Under the pieces are notes generated by a model. That model saw only the letters and a program-made list of their open reading frames with translations, did not search any database and was not told the DNA's origin. Shown piece after piece: positions 45,301-60,700 of a stretch of 64,000 nt of DNA. Position 1 is the stretch's first letter; each line of letters begins with the position of its first letter. Made by a program: the position numbers and the translations under genes. This DNA comes from Eledone cirrhosa (lineage: Eukaryota). The DNA lies in assembly GCA_964016885.1 (NCBI GenBank), contig OZ024742.1, forward strand, positions 373,116,001-373,180,000, in the 5' to 3' direction.

Positions 45301-48300
45301 TTCTATATAAACTGTAAATCTCTTTCTAAATAAACTGTAAATCTCATTCTATATAGACTGTGAATCTCATTCTATATAAACTGTAAATCTCACTCTATAT
45401 AAACTGTAAATCTCATTCGATAAACTGTAAATCTCTTTTTATATAAACTGTAAATCTCATTCTATATAAACTGGAAATCTCTTTCTATAAACTGTAAATC
45501 TCATTCTATATAAACTGTAAATCTCATTCTATAAACTGTAAATCTCATTCTATATAAACTATAAATCTCATTCTATAAACTGTAAATCTCATTCTATATA
45601 AACTGTAAATCTCATTCTATAAACTGTAAATCTCTTTCTATATACACTGTTAATCTCATTCTATATAAACTGTCAATCTCATTCTATATAAACTGTAAAT
45701 CTAATTCTATATAAACTGTAAACCTCATTCTATATAAACTGTAAATCTCTTTCTATATAAACTGTAAATCTCATTCTATATAAAATGTAAATCCCATTCT
45801 ATAAACTCTAAATCTCTTTCTATATAACCTGTAAATCTCTTTCTATATAAACTGTAAATCTCATGCTATAAACTGTAAATCTCATTCTATATAAACTGTA
45901 AATCTCTTTCTATATAAACTGTAAATCTGATTCTATATAAACTGTAAATCTCATTCTATATAAACTGTGAATCTCATTCTATATAAGCTGTATATCTCAT
46001 TCTATATAAACTGTAAATCTCATTCGATAAACTGTAAATCTCTTTTTATATAAACTGTAAATCTCATTCTGTATAAACTGGAAATCTCTTTCTATAAACT
46101 GTAAATCTCATTCTATAAACTGTAAATCTCTTTCTATATAAACTGTAAATCTCATTCTATATAAACTGTAAATCTCATTCTATAAACTGTAAATCTCTTT
46201 CTATATAAACTGTAAATCTCATTCTATATAAACTGTAAATCTCTTTCTATATAAACTGTAAATCTCATTCTATAAACTGTAAATCTCTTTCTATATAAAC
46301 TGTAAATCTCATTCTAAATAAACTGTAAATCTCATTCTATAAACTATAAATCTCTTTCTATATAAACTATAAATCTCATTCTACATAAACTGTAAATCTC
46401 ATTCTATATAAACTTTAAATCTCATTCTATATAAACTGTAAATCTCTTTCTAAATAAACTGTAAATCTTATTCTATATGAACTGTGAATCTCATTCTATA
46501 TAAACTGTAAATCTCATTCTATATAGACTGTGAATCTCATTCTATATAAACTGTAAATCTCATTCTATATAAACTGTGAATCTCATTCTATATAAACTGT
46601 AAATCTCATTCTAAATATACTGTAAATCTCTTTCTAAATAAACTGTAAATATCATTCTATATAAACTGTAAATCTCATGCTATAAACTGTAAATCTCATT
46701 CTATATAAACTGTAAATCTCTTTCTATATAAACTCTGAATCTGATTCTATATAAACTGTAAATCTCATTCTCTATAAACTGTGAATCTCATTCTATATAA
46801 ACTGTATATCTCATTCTATATGAACTGTAAATCTCATTCGATAAACTGTAAATCTGTTTTTATATAAACTGTAAATCTCATTCTATATAAACTGTAAATC
46901 TCTTTCTATATAAACTGTAAATCTCATTCTATAAACTGTAAATCTCTTTCTATATAAACTGTAAATCTCATTCTATATAAACTGTAAATATCATTCTATA
47001 AACTGTAAATCTCTTTCTATATAAACTGTAAATCTCATTCTACATAAACTGTAAATCTCTTTCTATATAAACTGTAAATCTCATTCTACATAAACTGTAA
47101 ATCTCATTCTATATAAACTGTAAATCTCATTCTATATAAACTGTAAATCTCTTTCTAAATAAACTGTAAATCTCATTCTATATAGACTGTGAATCTCATT
47201 CTATATAAACTGTAAATCTCACTCTATATAAACTGTAAATCTCATTCGATAAACTGTAAATCTCTTTTTATATAAACTGTAAATCTCATTCTATATAAAC
47301 TGGAAATCTCTTTCTATAAACTGTAAATCTCATTCTATATAAACTGTAAATCTCATTCTATAAACTGTAAATCTCATTCTCTATAAACTATAAATCTCAT
47401 TCTATAAACTGTAAATCTCATTCTATATAAACTGTAAATCTCATTCTATAAACTGTAAATCTCTTTCTATATACACTGTTAATCTCATTCTATATAAACT
47501 GTCAATCTCATTCTATATAAACTGTAAATCTAATTCTATATAAACTGTAAACCTCATTCTATATAAACTGTAAATCTCTTTCTATATAAACTGTAAATCT
47601 CATTCTATATAAAATGTAAATCCCATTCTATAAACTCTAAATCTCTTTCTATATAACCTGTAAATCTCTTTCTATATAAACTGTAAATCTCATGCTATAA
47701 ACTGTAAATCTCATTCTATATAAACTGTAAATCTCTTTCTATATAAACTGTAAATCTGATTCTATATAAACTGTAAATCTCATTCTATATAAACTGTGAA
47801 TCTCATTCTATATAAACTGTATATCTCATTCTATATAAACTGTAAATCTCATTCGATAAACTGTAAATCTCTTTTTATATAAACTGTAAATCTCATTCTG
47901 TATAAACTGGAAATCTCTTTCTATAAACTGTAAATCTCATTCTATAAACTGTAAATCTCTTTCTATATAAACTGTAAATCTCATTCTATATAAACTGTAA
48001 ATCTCATTCTATAAACTGTAAATCTCTTTCTATATAAACTGTAAATCTCATTCTATATAAACTGTAAATCTCTTTCTATATAAACTGTAAATCTCATTCT
48101 ATAAACTGTAAATCTCTTTCTATATAAACTGTAAATCTCATTCTAAATAAACTGTAAATCTCATTCTATAAACTATAAATCTCTTTCTATATAAACTATA
48201 AATCTCATTCTACATAAACTGTAAATCTCATTCTATATAAACTTTAAATCTCATTCTATATAAACTGTAAATCTCTTTCTAAATAAACTGTAAATCTTAT

Positions 48301-48450
48301 TCTATATGAACTGTGAATCTCATTCTATATAAACTGTAAATCTCATTCTATATAGACTGTGAATCTCATTCTATATAAACTGTAAATCTCATGCTATAAA
48401 CTGTAAATCTCATTCTATATAAACTGTAAATCTCATTCTATATAAACTGT
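42400..48450. repeat. Three tandem copies of an about 1.8-2.1 kb higher-order unit
   Basis: AACTCTAAAT at 43665/45808/47637 and ACTTTAAATC at 44271/46414/48243 (offsets 2143 then 1829). CTCGTTC at 42523/44574. Confidence 0.85.
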
Positions 48451-51400
48451 GAATCTCATTCTATATAAACTGTAAATCTCATTCTAAATATACTGTAAAT
48501 CTCTTTCTAAATAAACTGTAAATATCATTCTATATAAACTGTAAATCTCATGCTATAAACTGTAAATCTCATTCTATATAAACTGTAAATCTCTTTCTAT
48601 ATAAACTCTGAATCTGATTCTATATAAACTGTAAATCTCATTCTCTATAAACTGTGAATCTCATTCTATATAAACTGTATATCTCATTCTATATGAACTG
48701 TAAATCTCATTCTATAAGCTGTCAATCTCTTTCTATATAAACTGTAAATCTCATTCTACATAAACTGTAAATCTCTTTCTATATAAACTGTAAATCTCAT
48801 TCTATATAAACTGTAAGTCTCATTCTATAAACTGTATATCTCATTCTATATAAACTGTAAATCTCATTCGATAAACTGTAAATCTCATTCTATATAAACT
48901 GGAAATCTCTTTCTATAAACTGTAAATCTCTTTCTATATAAACTGTAAATCTCATTCTATATAGACTGTGAATCTCATTCTATATAAACTGTAAATCTCA
49001 CTCTATATAAACTGTAAATCTCATTCGATAAACTGTAAATCTCTTTTTATATAAACTGTAAATCTCATTCTATATAAACTGGAAATCTCTTTCTATAAAC
49101 TGTAAATCTCATTCTATATAAACTGTAAATCTCATTCTATAAACTGTAAATCTCATTCTATATAAACTATAAATCTCATTCTATAAACTGTAAATCTCAT
49201 TCTATATAAACTGTAAATCTCATTCTATAAACTGTAAATCTCTTTCTATATACACTGTTAATCTCATTCTATATAAACTGTCAATCTCATTCTATATAAA
49301 CTGTAAATCTAATTCTATATAAACTGTAAACCTCATTCTATATAAACTGTAAATCTCTTTCTATATAAACTGTAAATCTCATTCTATATAAAATGTAAAT
49401 CCCATTCTATAAACTGTAAATCTCTTTCTATATAACCTGTAAATCTCTTTCTATATAAACTGTAAATCTCATGCTATAAACTGTAAATCTGATTCTATAT
49501 AAACTGTAAATCTCTTTCTATATAAACTGTGAATCTGATTCTATATAAACTGTAAATCTCATTCTATATAAACTGTGAATCTCATTCTATATAAACTATA
49601 TATCTCATTCTATATAAACTGTAAATCTCATTCGATAAACTGTAAATCTCTTTTTATATAAACTGTAAATCTCATTCTGTATAAACTGGAAATCTCTTTC
49701 TATAAACTGTAAATCTCATTCTATAAACTGTAAATCTCTTTCTATATAAACTGTAAATCTCATTCTATATAAACTGTAAATCTCATTCTATAAACTGTAA
49801 ATCTCTTTCTATATAAACTGTAAATCTCATTCTATATAAACTGTAAATCTCTTTCTATATAAACTGTAAATCTCATTCTATAAACTGTAAATCTCTTTCT
49901 ATATAAACTGTAAATCTCATTCTATATAAACTGTAAATCTCATTCTATAAACTATAAATCTCTTTCTATATAAACTATAAATCTCATTCTACATAAACTG
50001 TAAATCTCATTCTATATAAACTGTAAATCTCATTCTATATAAACTGTAAATCTCTTTCTAAATAAACTGTAAATCTTATTCTATATGAACTGTGAATCTC
50101 ATTCTATATAAACTGTAAATCTCATTCTATATAGACTGTGAATCTCATTCTATATAAACTGTAAATCTCATGCTATAAACTGTAAATCTCATTCTATATA
50201 AACTGTAAATCTCTTTCTATATACACTGTAAATCTCATTCTACATAAACTGTAAATCTCTTTCTATATAAACTGTAAATCTCATTCTATATAAACTGTGA
50301 ATCTCATTCTATATAAACTGTAAATCTCATTCTAAATATACTGTAAATCTCTTTCTAAATAAACTGTAAATATCATTCTATATAAACTGTAAATCTCATG
50401 CTATAAACTATAAATCTCATTCTATATAAACTGTAAATCTCTTTCTATATAAACTCTGAATCTGATTCTATATAAACTGTAAATCTCATTCTCTATAAAC
50501 TGTGAATCTCATTCTATATAAACTGTATATCTCATTCTATATGAACTGTAAATCTCATTCTATAAGCTGTCAATCTCTTTCTATATAAACTGTAAATCTC
50601 ATTCTACATAAACTGTAAATCTCTTTCTATATAAACTGTAAATCTCATTCTATATAAACTGTAAGTCTCATTCTATAAACTGTATATCTCATTCTATATA
50701 AACTGTAAATCTCATTCGATAAACTGTAAATCTCATTCTATATAAACTGGAAATCTCTTTCTATAAACTGTAAATCTCTTTCTATATAAACTGTAAATCT
50801 CATTCTACATAAACTGTAAATCTCTTTCTATATAAACTGTAAATTTCATTCTATATAAACTGTAAATCTCATTCTATATAAACTGTAAATCTCATTCTAT
50901 ATAAACTGTAAATCTCTTTCTAAATAAACTGTAAATCGCATTCTATATAAGCTGTAAATCTCATTCTATATAAACTGTAAATCTCATTCTATATAAACTG
51001 TAAATCTCTTTCTATATAAACTGTAAATCTCATTCTATATAAACTGTAAATCTCATTCTATAAACTGTAAATCTCTTTCTATATAAACTGTAAATCTCAT
51101 TCTATATAAACTGTAAATCTCATTCTATATAAACCGTAAATCTCATTCTATATAAACTGTAAATCTCATTCTATAAACTGTAAATCTCATTCTATATGAA
51201 CTGTAAATCTCATTCTATAAGTTGTAAAGCTCTTTCTATATACACTGTTAATCTCATTCTACATAAACTGTCAATCTCATTCTATATAAACTGTAAATCT
51301 AATTCTATATAAACTGTAAATCTCATTCTATATAAACTGTAAATATCTTTCTATATAAACTGTAAATCTCATTCTATATAAACTGTAAATCCCATTCTAT

Positions 51401-51729
51401 AAACTGTAAATCTCTTTCTATATAACCTGTAAATCTCTTTCTATATAAACTGTAAATCTCATGCTATAAACTGTAAATCTCATTCTGTATAAACTGTAAA
51501 TCTCTTTCTATATAAACTGTAAATCTGATTCTATATAAACTTTAAATCTCATTCTATATAAACTGTGAATCTCATTCTATATAAACTGTATATCTGATGC
51601 TATATAAACTGTAAATCTCATTCGATAAACTGTAAATCTCTTTTTATATAAACTGTAAATCTCATTCTGTATAAACTGGAAATCTCTTTCTATAAACTGT
51701 AAATCTCATTCTATAAACTGTAAATCTCT

Positions 51730-54700
51730 TTCTATATAAACTGTAAATCTCATTCTATATAAACTGTAAATCTCATTCTATAAACTGTAAATCTCTTTCT
51801 ATATAAACTGTAAATCTCATTCTACATAAACTGTAAATCTCTTTCTATATAAACTGTAAATCTCATTCTAAATATACTGTAAATCTCTTTCTAAATAAAC
51901 TGTAAATCTCATTCTATATAAACAGTAAATCTCATTCTATATAAACTGTAAATCTCTTTCTATATAAACTGTAAATCTCATTCTATATAAACTGTAAATC
52001 CCATTCTATAAACTGTAAATCTCTTTCTATATAACCTGTAAATCTCTTTCTATATAAACTGTAAATCTCATGCTATAAACTGTAAATCTCATTCTATATA
52101 AACTGTAAATCTCATTCTCTATAAACTGTGAATCTCATTCTATATAAACTGTATATCTCATTCTATATGAACTGTAAATCTCATTCGATAAACTGTAAAT
52201 CTGTTTTTATACAAACTGTAAATCTCATTCTATATAAACTGTAAATCTCTTTCTATATAAACTGTAAATCTCATTCTATAAACTGTAAATCTCTTTCTAT
52301 ATAAACTGTAAATCTCATTCTATATAAACTGTAAATCTCATTCTATAAACTGTAAATCTCTTTCTATATAAACTGTAAATCTCATTCTACATAAACTGTA
52401 AATCTCTTTCTATATAAACTGTAAATCTCATTCTATATAAACTGTAAATCTCATTCTATATAAACTGTAAATCTCATTCTATATAAACTGTAAATATCTT
52501 TCTAAATAAACTGTAAATTTCATTCTATATAGACTGTGAATCTCATTCTATATAAACTGTAAATCTCACTCTATATAAACTGTAAATCTCATTCGATAAA
52601 CTGTAAATCTCTTTTTATATAAACTGTAAATCTCATTCTATATGAACTGGAAATCTCCTTCTATAAACTGTAAACCTCATTCTATAAACTGTAAATCTCT
52701 TTCTATATAAACTGTAAATCTCTTTCTATATAAACTGTAAATCTCATTCTATATAAACTGTAAATCTCATTCTATATAAACTGTAAATCTCATTCTATAT
52801 AAACTGTAAATCTCATTCTATATAAAATGTAAATCCCATTCTATAAACTGTAAATCTCTTTCTATATAAACTGTAAATATCTTTCTATATAAACTGTTAA
52901 TCTCATTCTATATAAACTGTCAATCTCATTCTATATAAACTGTAAATCTAATTCTATATAAACTGTAAACCTCATTCTATATAAACTGTAAATCTCTTTC
53001 TATATAAACTGTAAATCTCATTCTATATAAAATGTAAATCCCATTCTATAAACTGTAAATCTCTTTCTATATAACCTGTAAATCTCTTTCTATATAAACT
53101 GTAAATCTCATGCTATAAACTGTAAATCTCATTCTATATAAACTGTAAATCTCTTTCTATATAAACTGTAAATCTGATTCTATATAAACTGTAAATCTCA
53201 TTCTATATAAACTGTGAATCTCATTCTATATAAACTGTATATCTCATTCTATATAAACTGTAAATCTCATTCGATAAACTGTAAATCTCTTTTTATATAA
53301 ACTGTAAATCTCATTCTGTATAAACTGGAAATCTCTTTCTATAAACTGTAAATCTCATTCTATAAACTGTAAATCTCTTTCTATATAAACTGTAAATCTC
53401 ATTCTATATAAACTGTAAATCTCATTCTATAAACTGTAAATCTCTTTCTATATAAACTGTAAATCTCATTCTATATAAACTGTAAATCTCTTTCTATATA
53501 AACTGTAAATCTCATTCTATAAACTGTAAATCTCTTTCTATATAAACTGTAAATCTCATTCTATATAAACTGTAAATCTCATTCTATAAACTATAAATCT
53601 CTTTCTATATAAACTATAAATCTCATTCTACATAAACTGTAAATCTCATTCTATATAAACTGTAAATCTCATTCTATATAATCTGTAAATCTCTTTCTAA
53701 ATAAACTGTAAATCTTATTCTATATGAACTGTGAATCTCATTCTATATAAACTGTAAATCTCATTCTATATAGACTGTGAATCTCATTCTATATAAACTG
53801 TAAATCTCATGCTATAAACTGTAAATCTCATTCTATATAAACTGTAAATCTCTTTCTATATACACTGTAAATCTCATTCTACATAAACTGTAAATCTCTT
53901 TCTATATAAACTGTAAATCTCATTCTATATAAACTGTGAATCTCATTCTATATAAACTGTAAATCTCATTCTAAATATACTGTAAATCTCTTTCTAAATA
54001 AACTGTAAATATCATTCTATATAAACTGTAAATCTCATGCTATAAACTGTAAATCTCATTCTATATAAACTGTAAATCTCTTTCTATATAAACTCTGAAT
54101 CTGATTCTATATAAACTGTAAATCTCATTCTCTATAAACTGTGAATCTCATTCTATATAAACTGTATATCTCATTCTATATGAACTGTAAATCTCATTCT
54201 ATAAGCTGTCAATCTCTTTCTATATAAACTGTAAATCTCATTCTACATAAACTGTAAATCTCTTTCTATATAAACTGTAAATCTCATTCTATATAAACTG
54301 TAAGTCTCATTCTATAAACTGTATATCTCATTCTATATAAACTGTAAATCTCATTCGATAAACTGTAAATCTCATTCTATATAAACTGGAAATCTCTTTC
54401 TATAAACTGTAAATCTCTTTCTATATAAACTGTAAATCTCATTCTACACAAACTGTAAATCTCTTTCTATATAAACTGTAAATTTCATTCTATATAAACT
54501 GTAAATCTCATTCTATATAAACTGTAAATCTCATTCTATATAAACTGTAAATCTCTTTCTAAATAAACTGTAAATCGCATACTATATAAGCTGTAAATCT
54601 CATTCTATATAAACTGTAAATCTCATTCTATATAAATTGTAAATCTCTTTCTATATAAACTGTAAAACTCATTCTATATAAACTGTAAATCTCATTCTAT

Positions 54701-57700
54701 AAACTGTAAATCTCTTTCTATATAAACTGTAAATCTCATTCTATATAAACTGTAAATCTCATTCTATATAAACTGTAAATCTCATTCTATATAAACTGTA
54801 AATCTCATTCTATAAACTGTAAATATCTTTCTATATAAACTGTAAATCTCATTCTATATAAACTGTAAATCCCATTCTATAAACTGTAAATCTCTTTCTA
54901 TATAACCTGTAAATCTCTTTCTATATAAACTGTAAATCTCATGCTATAAACTGTAAATCTCATTCTGTATAAACTGTAAATCTCTTTCTATATAAACTGT
55001 AAATCTGATTCTATATAAACTTTAAATCTCATTCTATATAAACTGTGAATCTCATTCTATATAAACTGTATATCTGATTCTATATAAACTGTAAATCTCA
55101 TTCGATAAACTGTAAATCTCTTTTTATATAAACTGTAAATCTCATTCTGTATAAACTGGAAATCTCTTTCTATAAACTGTAAATCTCATTCTATAAACTG
55201 TAAATCTCTTTCTATATAAACTGTAAATATCATTCTATATAAACTGTAAATCTCATTCTATAAACTGTAAATCTCTTTCTATATAAACTGTAAATCTCAT
55301 TCTACATAAACTGTAAATCTCTTTCTATATAAACTGTAAATCTCATTCTATATAAACTGTAAATCTCATTCTATATAAACTGTAAATCTCATTCTAAATA
55401 TACTGTAAATCTCTTTCTAAATAAACTGTAAATATCATTCTATATAAACTGTAAATCTCATTCTATATAAACAGTAAATCTCATTCTATATAAACTGTAA
55501 ATCTCTTTCTATATAAACTGCAAATCTCATTCTATATAAACTGTAAATCCCATTCTATAAACTGTAAATCTCTTTCTATATAACCTGTAAATCTCTTTCT
55601 ATATAAACTGTAAATCTCATGCTATAAACTGTAAATCTCATTCTATATAAACTGTAAATCTCTTTCTATATAAACTCTGAATCTGATTCTATATAAACTG
55701 TAAATCTCATTCTCTATAAACTGTGAATCTCATTCTATATAAACTGTATATCTCATTCTATATGAACTGTAAATCTCATTCGATAAACTGTAAATCTGTT
55801 TTTATACAAACTGTAAATCTCATTCTATATAAACTGTAAATCTCTTTCTATATAAACTGTAAATCTCATTCTATAAACTGTAAATCTCTTTCTATATAAA
55901 CTGTAAATATCATTCTATATAAACTGTAAATCTCATTCTATAAACTGTAAATCTCTTTCTATATAAACTGTAAATCTCATTCTACATAAACTGTAAATCT
56001 CTTTCTATATAAACTGTAAATCTCATTCTATATAAACTGTAAATCTCATTCTATATAAACTGTAAATCTCATTCTATATAAACTGTAAATATCTTTCTAA
56101 ATAAACTGTAAATCTCATTCTATATAGACTGTGAATCTCATTCTATATCAACTGTAAATCTCACTCTATATAAACTGTAAATCTCATTCGATAAACTGTA
56201 AATCTCTTTTTATATAAACTGTAAATCTCATTCTATATGAACTGGAAATCTCTTTCTATAAACTGTAAATCTCATTCTATAAACTGTAAATTTATTTCTA
56301 TATAAACTGTAAATCTCATTCTATATAAACTGTAAACCTCATTCTATAAACTGTAAATCTCTTTCTATATAAACTGTAAATCTCTTTCTATATAAACTGT
56401 AAATCTCATTCTATATAAACTGTAAATCTCATTCTATATAAACTGTAAATGTCATTCTATATAAACTGTAAATCCCATTCTATAAACTGTAAATCTCTTT
56501 CTATATAACCTGTAAATCTCTTTCTATATAAACTGTAAATCTCATGCTATAAACTGTAAATCTCATTCTATATAAACTGTAAATCTCTTTCTATATAAAC
56601 TGTAAATCTCATTCTATATAAACTGTAAATCTCATTCTATATAAACTGTGAATCTCATTCTATATAAACTGTATATCTCATTCTATATAAACTGTAAATC
56701 TCATTCGATAAACTGTAAATCTCATTCTATATAAACTGTAAATCCCATTCTATAAACTGTAAATCTCTTTCTATATAACCTGTAAATCTCATTCTATATA
56801 AACTGTAAATCTCATTCTATAAACTGTAAATCTCTTTCTATATACACTGTTAATCTCATTCTACATAAACTGTCAATCTCATTCTATATAAACTGTAAAT
56901 CTAATTCTATATAAACTGTAAATCTCATTCTCTATAAACTGTAAATCTCTTTCTATATAAACTGTAAATATCATTCTATATAAACTGTAAATCCCATTCT
57001 ATAAACTGTAAATCTCTTTCTATATAACCTGTAAATCTCTTTCTATACAAACTGTAAATCTCATGCTATAAACTGTAAATCTCATTCTATATAAACTGTA
57101 AATCTCTTTCTATATAAACTCTGAATCTGATTCTATATAAACTGTAAATCTCATTCTCTATAAACTGTGCATCTCATTCTATATAAACTGTATATCTCAT
57201 TCTATATAAACTGTAAATCTCATTCGATAAACTGTAAATCTGTTTTTATATAAACTGTAAATCTCATTCTATATAAACTGTAAATCTCTTTCTATATAAA
57301 CTGTAAATCTCATTCTATAAACTGTAAATCTCTTTCTATATAAACTGTAAATCTCATTCTATATAAACTGTAAATCTCATTCTATAAACTGTAAATCTCT
57401 TTCTATATAAACTGTAAATCTCATTCTACATAAACTGTAAATCTCTTTCTATATAAACTGTAAATCTCATTCTACATAAACTGTAAATCTCATTCTATAT
57501 AAACTGTAAATCTCATTCTATATAAACTGTAAATCTCTTTCTAAATAAACTGTAAATCTCATTCTATATAGACTGTGAATCTCATTCTATATAAACTGTA
57601 AATCTCACTCTATATAAATTGTAAATCTCATTCGATAAACTGTAAATCTCTTTTTATATAAACTGTAAATCTCATTCTATATAAACTGGAAATCTCTTTC

Positions 57701-60700
57701 TATAAACTGTAAATCTCATTCTATAAACTGTAAATCTCTTTCTATATAAACTGTAAATCTCATTCTATATAAACTGTAAATCTCATTCTATAAACTGTAA
57801 ATCTCTTTCTATATAAACTGTAAATCTCATTCTATATAAACTGTAAATCTCTTTCTATATAAACTGTAAATCTCATTCTATATAAACTGTAAATCTCATT
57901 CTATATAAACTGTAAATCTCATTCTATATAAACTGTAGATCCCATTCTATATAAACTGTAAATCCCATTCTATAAACTGTAAATCTCTTTCTATATAACC
58001 TGTAAATCTCTTTCTATATAAACTGTAAATCTCATGCTATAAACTGTAAATCTCATTCTATATAAACTGTAAATCTCTTTCTATATAAACTGTAAATCTG
58101 ATTCTATATAAACTGTAAATCTCATTCTATATAAACTGTGAATCTCATTCTATATAAACTGTATATCTCATTCTATATCAACTGTAAATCTCATTCGATA
58201 AACTGTAAATCTCTTTTTATATAAACTGTAAATCTCATTCTATAAGCTGTAAATCTCTTTCTATATAAACTGTAAATCTCATTCTATAAACTGTAAATCT
58301 CTTTCTATATAAACTGTAAATCGCATTCTATATAAACTGTAAATCTCTTTCTATATAAACTGTAAATCTCATTCTATAAACTGTAAATCTCTTTCTATAT
58401 GAACTGTAAATCTCATAGTATATAAACTGTAAATCTCATTCTATAAACTGTAAATCTCTTTCTATATAAACTGTAAATCTCATTCTATAAGCTGTAAATC
58501 TCTTTCTATATAAACTGTAAATCTCATTCTACATAAACTGTAAATCTCTTTCTATATAAACTGTAAATCTCATTCTATATAAACTGTAAATCTCATTCTA
58601 TATAAACTGTAAATCTCATTCTATAAACTGTAAATCTCTTTCTATATAAACTGTAAATCTCATTCTACATAAACTGTAAATCTCTTTCTATATAAACTGT
58701 AAATCTCATTCTAAATATACTGTAAATCTCTTTCTAAATAAACTGTAAATCTCATTCTATATAAACAGTAAATCTCATTCTATATAAACTGTAAATCTCT
58801 TTCTATATAAACTGTAAATCTCATTCTATATAAACTGTAAATCCCATTCTATAAACTGTAAATCTCTTTCTATATAACCTGTAAATCTCTTTCTATATAA
58901 ACTGTAAATCTCATGCTATAAACTGTAAATCTCATTCTATATAAACTGTAAATCTCATTCTCTATAAACTGTGAATCTCATTCTATATAAACTGTATATC
59001 TCATTCTATATGAACTGTAAATCTCATTCGATAAACTGTAAATCTGTTTTTATACAAACTGTAAATCTCATTCTATATAAACTGTAAATCTCTTTCTATA
59101 TAAACTGTAAATCTCATTCTATAAACTGTAAATCTCTTTCTATATAAACTGTAAATCTCATTCTATATAAACTGTAAATCTCATTCTATAAACTGTAAAT
59201 CTCTTTCTATATAAACTGTAAATCTCATTCTACATAAACTGTAAATCTCTTTCTATATAAACTGTAAATCTCATTCTATATAAACTGTAAATCTCATTCT
59301 ATATAAACTGTAAATCTCATTCTATATAAACTGTAAATATCTTTCTAAATAAACTGTAAATCTCATTCTATATAGACTGTGAATCTCATTCTATATAAAC
59401 TGTAAATCTCACTCTATATAAACTGTAAATCTCATTCGATAAACTGTAAATCTCTTTTTATATAAACTGTAAATCTCATTCTATATGAACTGGAAATCTC
59501 CTTCTATAAACTGTAAACCTCATTCTATAAACTGTAAATCTCTTTCTATATAAACTGTAAATCTCTTTCTATATAAACTGTAAATCTCATTCTATATAAA
59601 CTGTAAATCTCATTCTATATAAACTGTAAATCTCATTCTGTATAAACTGTAAATCTCATTCTATATAAAATGTAAATCCCATTCTATAAACTGTAAATCT
59701 CTTTCTATATAAACTGTAAATATCTTTCTATATAAACTGTTAATCTCATTCTATATAAACTGTCAATCTCATTCTATATAAACTGTAAATCTAATTCTAT
59801 ATAAACTGTAAACCTCATTCTATATAAACTGTAAATCTCTTTCTATATAAACTGTAAATCTCATTCTATATAAAATGTAAATCCCATTCTATAAACTGTA
59901 AATCTCTTTCTATATAACCTGTAAATCTCTTTCTATATAAACTGTAAATCTCATGCTATAAACTGTAAATCTCATTCTATATAAACTGTAAATCTCTTTC
60001 TATATAAACTGTAAATCTGATTCTATATAAACTGTAAATCTCATTCTATATAAACTGTGAATCTCATTCTATATAAACTGTATATCTCATTCTATATAAA
60101 CTGTAAATCTCATTCGATAAACTGTAAATCTCTTTTTATATAAACTGTAAATCTCATTCTGTATAAACTGGAAATCTCTTTCTATAAACTGTAAATCTCA
60201 TTCTATAAACTGTAAATCTCTTTCTATATAAACTGTAAATCTCATTCTATATAAACTGTAAATCTCATTCTATAAACTGTAAATCTCTTTCTATATAAAC
60301 TGTAAATCTCATTCTATATAAACTGTAAATCTCTTTCTATATAAACTGTAAATCTCATTCTATAAACTGTAAATCTCTTTCTATATAAACTGTAAATCTC
60401 ATTCTATATAAACTGTAAATCTCATTCTATAAACTATAAATCTCTTTCTATATAAACTATAAATCTCATTCTACATAAACTGTAAATCTCATTCTATATA
60501 AACTGTAAATCTCATTCTATATAATCTGTAAATCTCTTTCTAAATAAACTGTAAATCTTATTCTATATGAACTGTGAATCTCATTCTATATAAACTGTAA
60601 ATCTCATTCTATATAGACTGTGAATCTCATTCTATATAAACTGTAAATCTCATGCTATAAACTGTAAATCTCATTCTATATAAACTGTAAATCTCTTTCT

